NCBI RefSeq assembly: GCF_006345805.1
Contig: NW_021829617.1
Coordinates: 1 to 35,035, forward strand
Source: Octopus sinensis
Lineage: Eukaryota
Reading direction: 5' to 3'
Length of the DNA: 35,035 bases
A program made the translations under genes and the position numbers. The notes beneath the pieces were generated by a model. It was given only the letters and a program-made list of their open reading frames with translations, had not been told where the DNA came from and made no database searches. Position 1 is the first letter of the stretch; each line of letters opens with the position of its first letter. This document shows, in pieces, positions 1 to 8,255 of this stretch.

Positions 1-231
1 CCTGAGCCTGGGCAACAGGAGTGTTGGACGAAACGGACTATTCAGTATTTTAAGAAGAACTTTTTAAAATTGCACTAGAGACCAAATTTCAGCAATCATT
101 CGTTGTTTTTCAAAAAAAACAATGGCTACTAAACCTACAGTCATTGCTAAAAATCCGCGCGATAAATATATTCTTCAAAAAATGATGGTTATTCTGGTAA
201 GAATCAATAAATTAATGAATAGATTCTTGTA

Positions 232-486
232 GTGATTTACTCATTCTCCAAATTTGGAATTGTTGATATTGCAAAGACAAAAAATGAAGAAGAGATTACT
301 GAATTGTTTCGGAAAATTTTTTATGGATATCAAACACCAACAATTCTGCATACCGACAATGGTAGAGAATTTAAAAATTCTAAAATGCATGCGATGTGCC
401 TCGAGTTGGGCACTAAACAGATATTTGGTAGACCTCGTGCCCTTGGATACAAGGTCAAGTTGAAAGGTAGATACAAGGTAATTTAA
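232..486 (+). pseudogene. Retroviral-type (rve) DDE integrase fragment, Ginger/GIN/KRBA2-SCAND3-like
   Basis: Translation TPTILHTDNGREFKNSKMHAMCLELGTKQIFGRP contains the LHTDNGxEF core of the second catalytic Asp and the downstream GRP motif. Truncated on both sides. Confidence 0.8.
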
Positions 487-897
487 CATTAAGATTCAAT
501 CAATCAATAAAAAAGTGGATTTCGTCAACAAATGCTTCAGTCTGTATAAACAAAAAAAACTACAAATATGAAAATAAACAATAAAATATTAAAAATATCA
601 AAAAGATGTGAAAAGGAATACATATGAATGGAGATTAATTAATTGATGAAATAAATACAAATTCACATGCAAAATAAACTTTATGCAGAATATTTTACAA
701 GTAGTCAAGTTAATCAATCTTCAAACAAATAAAAAACGGAAATAATATAAAAATAAAACATTTATAGCACGAAATAATGAAATAAGAATTAAAAACAAAA
801 GCACAACAAAAGAAAGTAATATAACACGTGTAATAATTTATTGTATTTAATTAAATAAATTAAAAACATTTAAAAAAATAAAAAACTTTTAAAAATA

Positions 898-940
898 ACT
901 GTAGATCCTTAAGTCCCCGGTTCGAATCCGGGTCGCGGTA
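898..940 (+). tRNA. 3' half of tRNA-Tyr(GTA); 5' half missing, non-functional fragment
   Basis: ACTGTAGATCCTTAAGTCCCCGGTTCGAATCCGGGTCGCGGTA has the anticodon loop CTGTAGA, the 3' anticodon strand TCCTT, a perfect T-arm CCCGG-TTCGAAT-CCGGG, a 7-nt acceptor strand plus discriminator A, then a T-tract. AT-rich repeat replaces the D-arm and 5' acceptor strand. Confidence 0.8.
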
Positions 941-976
941 CTTTTATTTTACATCGTCGGTATAATTAAATTTACA

Positions 977-1830
977 TTTTTGTTTGTTTTTTTTATTTAA
1001 CCAAAGAATGTGTTAAAAGATTAATCAATGAAAAGGCCAGCGGCCTGACGGATCGCCAAACTGTTCCCCCGGATAACTGCGATCAAGAACCGTTGGAAAA
1101 GCCAGTCCACCTTCCGAGGATCTTCATTGCGCATTGAGATTTTGACCTTGAGCTTGCGGAGAAATTTTTCCGTCTTTGGATCAAGGGCACCCGACGTCTC
1201 CACCGCTATCGACAACACGAAAAACTCATCCGAAATGGCAGAATATTTGGTTAGCTTGAAATCTTCAACCTGCTTAGCAGCAGATTTAGTCTCTAGAGCA
1301 CACGAAGTTAAATGTGAAGCAGAAAAAGTGTCCCAGCAGGTTGCATCCCATACGAGGCCTTTTCCGCCCTCAAAAGGGAAAAGGGTCATCCCAACAGAAC
1401 ATTTCCCGTCACTGCGGTCAAGACCCGGTGGTTCGAGGACCGGAAGAAATCCCGACGAGTCGAAGGCCCACCGTATGATGTCATTCAAAGCAGAGTGTTT
1501 TGGAAACCGTCCGACACTCCTCCTGCACGATAAAGAATGCAAACCGAAAGGCTCAACAGGGCAGCCACAACGACACACGTGCGGAACACATTGACTTAGC
1601 TCGAGGCGCAGAGAGATTCCAATTTTTACCGATTCATCGTCGAGGAGAGTGCCAGAAAGTTTGCTTGCATCCAATTCGATACCAGGCTCGTTGAGACATT
1701 TGATCTTCCGGAAAGTCAAGACCTTGTTTCCTCGATACTTTGCTGAAATGAGCCACATTTGTGTCCAAGGAAAATTCAGAAAAGAAGCGTAGAATTTCCA
1801 TGACAAGTGTGTGAATCACGAGCAGTTAAA
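977..1830 (-). mobile_element. 5'-truncated CRE-clade non-LTR retrotransposon, second family (endonuclease region only)
   Basis: ORF 1021-1806(-) has CRCG...HSLSC (CCHC knuckle), HSALNDII, EPPGLDRSDGK, LVWDATC and AVETSG, collinear with the C-terminus of the 5134-8115 ORF. Degenerate poly(A) tail appears as the T-tract at 977-994. The 5' boundary is approximate. Confidence 0.9.
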
Positions 1831-1849
1831 AAAACATAGACTCTCAGCC

Positions 1850-2030
1850 ACGACGGCGAATCACGTAACAAGTATTGCAATGGATGTTGGGGCAATCAAT
1901 AAGCGACTGAATGAAGAAGTAGCCACCACGAGACATCATTGGAACTTGTCAAACACACAAAAGCTGTATCCTGGCCTATGAATCTGGCAGAAAGAGGCGG
2001 ATCGACAGCAAAGAAGAGTTAATGAAGTTG
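1850..2030. repeat. Diverged dispersed repeat, inverted homolog at about 30760-30915
   Basis: gcaatcaataagcgactgaatgaagaagtagccaccacg...ctgtatcctggcctatgaatctggcagaaagaggcgga aligns by eye with the reverse complement of 30760-30915. Family not identified. Confidence 0.75.
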
Positions 2031-2246
2031 GGATGTGTGTCAGCTTGTGGAATATTGAGGGAATATAAGAATGGGGGCCAACGGATATATTGTCCAGGAT
2101 GAGTTTGGCAATAAAAATAGAGTGTTTGTTGTGGAGTACTCCTCTGGTGTCGCCACGGGCTGTTCCGCCATTTCTATTGTCTTGTGAGGCATCTCCTTCA
2201 CTTTACAGTGAAAAACCGCCAAGTTGAAGAAAGGCCCTAGTCGGTT

Positions 2247-2664
2247 GAAATTGTCGGGCTGCAGAGAAAACAGAGACAATTAATGTGCTTACGAATAGGC
2301 CTCTAAGATTTGTATCACCTCCTCTACACATGTAAAATGGGAGACTTTCGTGGTGGGGTCGACTATTTCCGTCTTGTAGCAGAGATGGTCGTCGACTGTC
2401 TTGTAGTATTACACCCTAATCTCGAGTGAGTGAGATTGGTGGGGCAGTCCAACACTTGCTCACAATACTGCAAACTTCTTCCCTCTCCTTCTCAATCATT
2501 TCATTTATCAGACATCTCGTCAATCGATTTCAGCAGTCGGTGCGACGTAGGTGGCATCCAATCAGTGTTTTGTAAGTAATTGAAACCAGGCATTTCTCCT
2601 CTTGCTCAATTCTCTACAATTCCTTTGTTAATCATCTTGACTGCTTCCGAAACAGAAACCACTG
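2247..2664. repeat. ~418-bp near-identical direct repeat, second copy 33478-33894
   Basis: gaaattgtcgggctgcagag...aacagaaaccactg occurs twice with only a few differences. Confidence 0.95.
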
Positions 2665-3494
2665 CGACACCGCTTGCCTAAAATTTTTTCTTATATACTA
2701 TCCGTGGATTAGCACTGTTTGGATAGACGTAAATAATACACAATCTTCCTCTGCTTTAATAAATGTGGCATTCCAGTAAAAATATATGATTTAAACGACA
2801 ATCATGAAAAAAATAGTGTTTTATCTTTTTGTGAATAGGGACGGAGTAGGTTTAAAAGTATTACAAAGTGTTCTATCTCCTATATCGAAAGATTATTTGT
2901 TCAAGGCCCGACGAGAACATACATTCTCGAACTTGTAATGAAAAATACACTAGAAAGCATCGTGGTGGAGCATAGAAATGCGAATTAATATGCCTAATAA
3001 AGAAGTCATTACGGCAGTTGTTTGCAATGACAAACTAATAATGCGAAAACCCCAGATGAAACAAATTGACAAATTATAAATGACTCTGAGCATGAAAGTA
3101 AATGTTAGTTAGTTATGTTACCCCGGCTTCACTAACACGTAGGAAGCCGGCTGCAATCAGGTAGCGAGACGCGAAGATCTGGCGCTCCCAGAGATCCCGA
3201 ATCCCAATAGGCGGAGACATGTGAGGCGGTCCAGGACAGGGGAAGAGGTCTTCAGGGGTGAAGGAACGGTATGTTTCGAAAATGAGTGGATGATGTCCCG
3301 AGCGAATTTGAAAGTAAATGTGGAAATAATGAGTTATGGAGTCCCCTCAGGATGAAAAAAATTTCCAAAAACTAGTATCAATAATTACGTAATTTTTTAT
3401 TATTTTCGGTTTTGGATTTAGTTAATAAAGTTTTTAATTTATTTGTTGTCTAACCAATGAGTTATTCGCAATAAAATATTAGCTTTAATTAGAA

Positions 3495-4329
3495 CAGTGG
3501 TTCTCAACCTGGGGTCCGCGAAAGATTCCAGAGGGTCCGCGAGATTTTTCTGAAACTTTATTTAAATGTTTCTATTTAATGATAACAATTTTAAATTAAT
3601 ATATAATAGAATTAAATCATAATTAATGATATCTCTTTTAGATATATTATAAATTGATATATTTTAATATTCAATAATACTGAGGAGGCTAAATTACTTT
3701 AAAGCTGAATGTAACTCAATTATTTATAAAAATCGTATATATATTTATTTTTTAGTAAAAGTTAATAAAATTTTTAAGCACGCTATTGATATGAATTCCT
3801 CGTATGTTTTTAAGATACGCAAATATAATCCTGATTATATAAAATAGGGGTTTATTTGTATTGATAAAGATGGATTTGAAAGCCCAAAATGTGTTGTGTG
3901 CATGAAAATTCTGTCACACAATAGCATGAAACCAACAACTCTTGTGAGACACTTGCGCACATGTCATCCCCATCTAATTCACAAAAATAGGGATTATTTT
4001 ATTTCTTTGCGTAAGCGATGAAAAATCAAGTATTTATGCGAACATGGCTTCTCAGCACTTCTCAATATAAAAAATAATCATCGCGCAAGACTGAATATTG
4101 AAGATGACATCAGGGTTTGCTTGTCGACAACCGAGCCTCTTATTGAAAAAATTGCCTCGAAAAAACAATATCAACCTTCTCACTAATTTTCTCTATTGGT
4201 TTAATAATAAATTTTGTTTTTAGATAACTAAAATTTTTTTGACAAAAAACTTAATAAATATGTAGGGGTCCGTGAAATTTTTCATTTACTCACAAGGGGT
4301 CCGCGGACAAAAAAGATTGAGAACCACTG
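3495..4329 (+). mobile_element. Non-autonomous Buster-type hAT DNA transposon, internally deleted
   Basis: TIRs CAGTGGTTCTCAACCT / AGATTGAGAACCACTG. 8-bp TSD AATTAGAA (3487-3494, 4330-4337) with central TA. Keeps the BED-finger start (PKCVVC...SMKP) and the transposase C-terminus ending QPSH*. Confidence 0.95.
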
Positions 4330-4439
4330 AATTAGAATGCTTTCACTTGTCCTACTTATTGTTCACTTAGTGGTCCAAAGTGACTGTGACCAATCAGACA
4401 ATTTTTTGCCAACTGCGAAGAGATTCAATTTCAAAATTA

Positions 4440-4600
4440 ACCCAATTGATGAAAATTCGATTTATTACAAAGCTATGAAAAGGAGAATGAATGTTCATAA
4501 TAGTAAGTATACTTTTAGCGTGGGAGATAAAGTAAGAATTAAAAACATTAATAAATAGGCACAGGTTATAAAGAACTTTGGAACAAATCCTTCATTGCGA
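4440..4600 (+). pseudogene. Integrase C-terminal remnant, Polinton/Ginger-like
   Basis: KYTFSVGDKVRIKN followed in a shifted frame by GYKELWNKSF resembles the FxVGDxVRI...KGYxxxW motif downstream of these integrases. Confidence 0.45.
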
Positions 4601-4899
4601 CTGGATAACTTTGAGTTCCGTAATCTTCCGCTGCAAAAATAATTAATATTTTATCGAATAATCGCGTTGAGGTAGTTTTTAAATATTTTAATTTAATAGA
4701 TAAAAATTCGAAAGGAGAAATATCGACAGTACTAATGACCAGACTTTAAAAATAGTTACCAAAATTTTACTCTTCGTGGTTTTATTAATAAAATGAAATT
4801 AATTGAAGTTAATCTTAATTCAAAATCAATGTAACAGGCTGCCCACAGGTATCGCGTGGCCCATGTGACATATTATAGCAACGTTCTTTATGAAATGAT

Positions 4900-5051
4900 A
4901 TGTACTGATGATCTTAAAAATACTATTCGACTTTATTGAAAATTAATATGAGGCAAATAATCGCATATGTGGGAGAAGCATGGAGTTGAGTAACAACAAT
5001 AACAATTGTTGGATGAAAATAAACTAACAGAGAACATGTTTTCCTGAAATT
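4900..5051 (+). pseudogene. pogo/Tigger (CENP-B-like) transposase remnant, left half of the interrupted target
   Basis: KINMRQIIAYVGEAWS*VTT, then after a frameshift NNCWMKIN*QRTCFPEI. This matches the AWxxV...TIxNCW helix after the DDE_1 domain and parallels the pogo fragment at 33.2-33.5 kb. Confidence 0.75.
5040..5051 (+). repeat. Target-site duplication, left copy (TTTCCTGAAATT)
   Basis: Abuts and overlaps the T18 tract at 5050-5067. Identical 12-mer at 10877-10888. Confidence 0.85.
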
Positions 5052-8000
5052 TTTTTTTTTTTTTTTTAAATTTCAAAATTTTAAAGAAACAAATGTCAGT
5101 TAATAAATTCAGAGAAGAGATTGATTTGAGAAATCAATTGAGGAAGCCCGCTGCCTGTATGGAAAGCGAGTTCCCTCGGAGTATGGCTATTCCGATCCTT
5201 TGTCTTAGCCATACTCCTTCACGAGGATCATTTTTCTTTGTGGCGAGCATTCTTCCGAGTTCGCGCAAGAACTCGGCAGTCGCTGGGCCAACTGCTCCTG
5301 ATGACTCAGCCGCAACAGGGGTGAATCTGTAGCGGTCCCCGAGGAAGGAATATTTTTTGGTTTTAAGGTTTTCCGCGATTGAGGCAGCTGCTCCAGGTGT
5401 CTGAACCGATTTAAGGAGATTCGTGCTTGAGTAAGTATCGACGCAAGTTGCGTCCCAGACCAAAGATCGTCCGGAGTTGAAAGGGAAAAGAGTCATCCCG
5501 TCAGGTCTCTTTCCATCACCTCGATCGAGACCCACTGGTTCAAGCTGTGCTGGGAAGCCTGCAGCCTTCAGAGCTCTGACGATCACGTCGTTCAGAGCGG
5601 CGTGACGTGGTCCTCTTCCGGCGGATCTCCTGCAGGATAGCGGGTGCAATCCCTTCGCATCGACCGTTTTCCCGCAGCGGCATCGGTGCTCCTGGCAAAC
5701 GTCTAGTCCAAGTCTTTGTCCGATTCCAATCCTCAAAGAATCGTCGTCCAAAAAAGTCCCGAGATTTGGGCAAGGGATTGCACCAAGCCATGCTCCGCTC
5801 CCTCCACTTGAGGCTGACACCAGGCAAGCAAGACGATGTTGATTTGCTTCTTTTTTAAGCCCTTCTGAAATTTTGGAGCAGACAATGTTATCCCAGTTCC
5901 TTTGTTTCGTTGTGTCTTCGGGGATTTTGAGTCCTGACCCGTTCCAATCCCGGCAAGCTTCATCAAATGACTCATTCCAGCGAAGTCCAATAGTGTGACG
6001 AAGGACTTGCCGTGTCAAATGGTTGCAGCTTGAGAGAGACGAAAGATATGCCGGGTACGCGACCTCCAGCGCCGATCTTAGACCGACACCCCCAAATCCA
6101 GAGGGAAGCTTACATTGCTTCCAACCGAGTTCGTCGAAGCGGACGTTGATTAGTGACTCAACAGTTTGTTTGAGAGATTTGTCTATCGAAAGTAGACTGT
6201 CGTAATGTTCGTGGCAGGGTGAACTTCGCAGTAGGTATAAAAGCTTGGGTAGTCCGATGTTGTTTCTCATCAGGAAGAAGGATGTGTGAGAGTCGAGGCA
6301 TGACAATCTTTTTGCGAGGCGAGATAATTCTTCATTTTTAGAAAGTAGATGGTTCCTGAGTTCGTCTTCACTGAGTGGACATCCAAGGAAATATAGTTTA
6401 TCAACTGGCACAGTCGGGATCCCGGGAAGCAGTTCGTTGAAAAACTCCTTGATAGAGAGAAAGTCGGTGTTTGAGTATGAGACATTTATTAACTCTGATT
6501 TGTTAATATTGATGTCCAATCCCAAGTGTTTTAATGCGGGAAGTGCTTGACGTAAAGAATTGTATGTTTCCTCGAATGATCCTCCAATTGTGGCATCGTC
6601 GAGATACCAGAGATTTAGTTGTGCGTCAATTGATCTCACAACATCATCAATTGTCAGGGCAAATAAGAGGGGTCCGAGCGGATCTCCCTGCTGGACACCA
6701 GTTTTTGATTTAATGATTTCATCATCAAAAACCAGAGACGTATCTTCTCCGTATGACAATTTAACAAGAGGGAAAAGCATGGGAGCCCTCTTCCAACACG
6801 TTTCCATAATGGAGTCTCTTCTGAGAGAATTGAATGCATTGGTTATGTCCAATTTGATTCCAATGCATTCGTTTGCAGTATTCTTCTGTGTGAAGAAACG
6901 CCTTGCTGCATGAACCGCTGCCTCACATCCGTTCTGGATACTAACACCCATTTGTTCTGGGAAGAACTCCGCACCGAGTGGGCGGCTCACGAGGGTCGAA
7001 GCAATCTTCGCTGCGAGTCTTCTGAAATAGTTTCCGACCGCAATGGGGCGGATTCCTCCGTTGGGTTTTTTGAACGCGAGTAGCCTTGCGGAGAAGAGCA
7101 ATTCTCTGGCATACTCCGGGATGTCGCCATTCACCATTTTCCTTATTAGGTCCGTGATCGATTTAACAAGACAGCGTCCTGCTTCCGAGGTGTAGGTGGA
7201 CGTTAGGTCCTTGATATGGCCGGGGCGTAACCCATCCAAGCCTCCGCTGCTGCTAGCGGCAAAGGAAGCGATTCCGCGCCGCACTTCTGATTCGGTAATC
7301 ATAATCTCTTGGGTTCCTTCAGGATTCGAGAACTTTACATAATCACTCGGTGCACTTGGGTGCTTCTGAATTAAGGTATTCAGGACCTCGGGGGTGCTAG
7401 ACAGCACGGTGTCATCGGACGTGATAACCCGTAGGGCTGCCCGCACATCGCCCTCCAGAAGTTTCCGATTCACTCGCTCCTTCAGTTTGTTGGGGGCATC
7501 TTTGGTGAATGCTCCTCTGGTTTTGACCGCATTGGCAATAAGTGGCTGTTCAAGTATTGCGTGTATGCTATGACTGCCGTAATTCAATATTCTTCCTTTC
7601 AGTTTCCCGGTTAAGTTTAGCCGGGGGTTTGTTTCTTTACTCTGGTTATCAGATTCCGTTGTAGGTGTTCCGAGTGCAACAGGTGCGAAGCATATAAGTT
7701 TTAGCCAGGATTCCCAGCTGTCAGAGGACAGTGCGTTGTCAATGAGGTCTGAAAGGCACGTTGCTGCGGCAATACGTGCTCCTTTTGGGATTTTTACTGG
7801 GATTTTCCTGGCTTTCCGGAGGTTCGAGATCTTCAAGAGAATGTGGTCAGTATGTGGTGATGTAAAGTTTGGCTGAGCTGTTGTTTTCCGCCTGGGGACC
7901 TCGTTTCCAATACAAGGGGGGCACTGCCAGCTTGACAGCGTCTCGGCGCAGGCTTTGCTCATTTTTATGCAGCCCAAATGGGCGAATGATTCACATGGCG

Positions 8001-8215
8001 TGCAGTTAATTCCAAATTTCCTGATATTCGACTGCCCACAAAAGAGACATGCCCGAGTTGTCCTCAGTGGCTTTGTTCCTCGTACTTCGTCTTCGCTTCG
8101 TTCTTTATTTACCATCTGAGGTTTCCGTTCCGTTTCCGTTAATCCGTTAATCACACCACAGCCTAAATTCGATTTTTTCTGAGGCCGAGAAAAAACACCA
8201 CTCCCTAAAGAGACT
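5050..8215 (-). mobile_element. Full-length CRE-clade (RLE-type) non-LTR retrotransposon with A18 tail
   Basis: Single intact ORF, 66-nt 3' UTR (5068-5133), pure T18 at 5050-5067 on the + strand, ~100-nt 5' UTR. The exact 5' end cannot be placed; it lies between about 8150 and 8255. Confidence 0.92.
5134..8115 (-). CDS. CRE-like polyprotein: PHD finger, reverse transcriptase, CCHC knuckle, restriction-like endonuclease (~993 aa from MVNKERS)
   Basis: RT motifs KKPNGGIRPIAVG, KLDITNAFNS, GVQQGDPLGPLLF, WYLDDATI, YFLGCP. Knuckle CRCG...HPLSC. Endonuclease KRPDG...LVWDATC...KKY...AESSG. N-terminal C4HC3 finger. No stops or frameshifts. The track's GTG start at 8289 runs into the neighbouring viral segment; ATG 8115 is the likely start. 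Confidence 0.95.
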   Translation of the reverse strand: MVNKERSEDEVRGTKPLRTTRACLFCGQSNIRKFGINCTPCESFAHLGCIKMSKACAETLSSWQCPPCIGNEVPRRKTTAQPNFTSPHTDHILLKISNLRKARKIPVKIPKGARIAAATCLSDLIDNALSSDSWESWLKLICFAPVALGTPTTESDNQSKETNPRLNLTGKLKGRILNYGSHSIHAILEQPLIANAVKTRGAFTKDAPNKLKERVNRKLLEGDVRAALRVITSDDTVLSSTPEVLNTLIQKHPSAPSDYVKFSNPEGTQEIMITESEVRRGIASFAASSSGGLDGLRPGHIKDLTSTYTSEAGRCLVKSITDLIRKMVNGDIPEYARELLFSARLLAFKKPNGGIRPIAVGNYFRRLAAKIASTLVSRPLGAEFFPEQMGVSIQNGCEAAVHAARRFFTQKNTANECIGIKLDITNAFNSLRRDSIMETCWKRAPMLFPLVKLSYGEDTSLVFDDEIIKSKTGVQQGDPLGPLLFALTIDDVVRSIDAQLNLWYLDDATIGGSFEETYNSLRQALPALKHLGLDININKSELINVSYSNTDFLSIKEFFNELLPGIPTVPVDKLYFLGCPLSEDELRNHLLSKNEELSRLAKRLSCLDSHTSFFLMRNNIGLPKLLYLLRSSPCHEHYDSLLSIDKSLKQTVESLINVRFDELGWKQCKLPSGFGGVGLRSALEVAYPAYLSSLSSCNHLTRQVLRHTIGLRWNESFDEACRDWNGSGLKIPEDTTKQRNWDNIVCSKISEGLKKEANQHRLACLVSASSGGSGAWLGAIPCPNLGTFLDDDSLRIGIGQRLGLDVCQEHRCRCGKTVDAKGLHPLSCRRSAGRGPRHAALNDVIVRALKAAGFPAQLEPVGLDRGDGKRPDGMTLFPFNSGRSLVWDATCVDTYSSTNLLKSVQTPGAAASIAENLKTKKYSFLGDRYRFTPVAAESSGAVGPATAEFLRELGRMLATKKNDPREGVWLRQRIGIAILRGNSLSIQAAGFLN

Positions 8216-8255
8216 AATAACCTCGTTGTTGTACATAGAGTTTGTATCAATACGA

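Larger units (their letters stand above)
1..1004. repeat. Terminal direct repeat, copy 1 (matches 34061-35035)
   Basis: Near-identical from cctgagcctgggcaacagg to atttaaccaa. Differences are homopolymer indels, a few substitutions and one ~25-bp indel (aaacctacagtcattgctaaaaatc missing from copy 2). Confidence 0.97.

Noticed and set aside
898-940. tRNA fragment as an LTR primer-binding site
   Set aside because: No TGG (CCA complement) and no adjacent LTR end.
1127-1594. 155-aa plus-strand ORF, and similar ORFs at 5093-5990 and 6560-6913
   Set aside because: Antisense shadows of the GC-richer CRE coding sequence.
4832-4872. 41-bp TGTAACA...TGTGACA segment resembling a miniature solo LTR
   Set aside because: Too short, no TSD, no second copy.
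8206-8212. CCCTAA telomere-like unit at the CRE 5' junction, suggesting MoTeR-like telomere targeting
   Set aside because: Single hexamer, expected by chance; the actual target is a pogo remnant.
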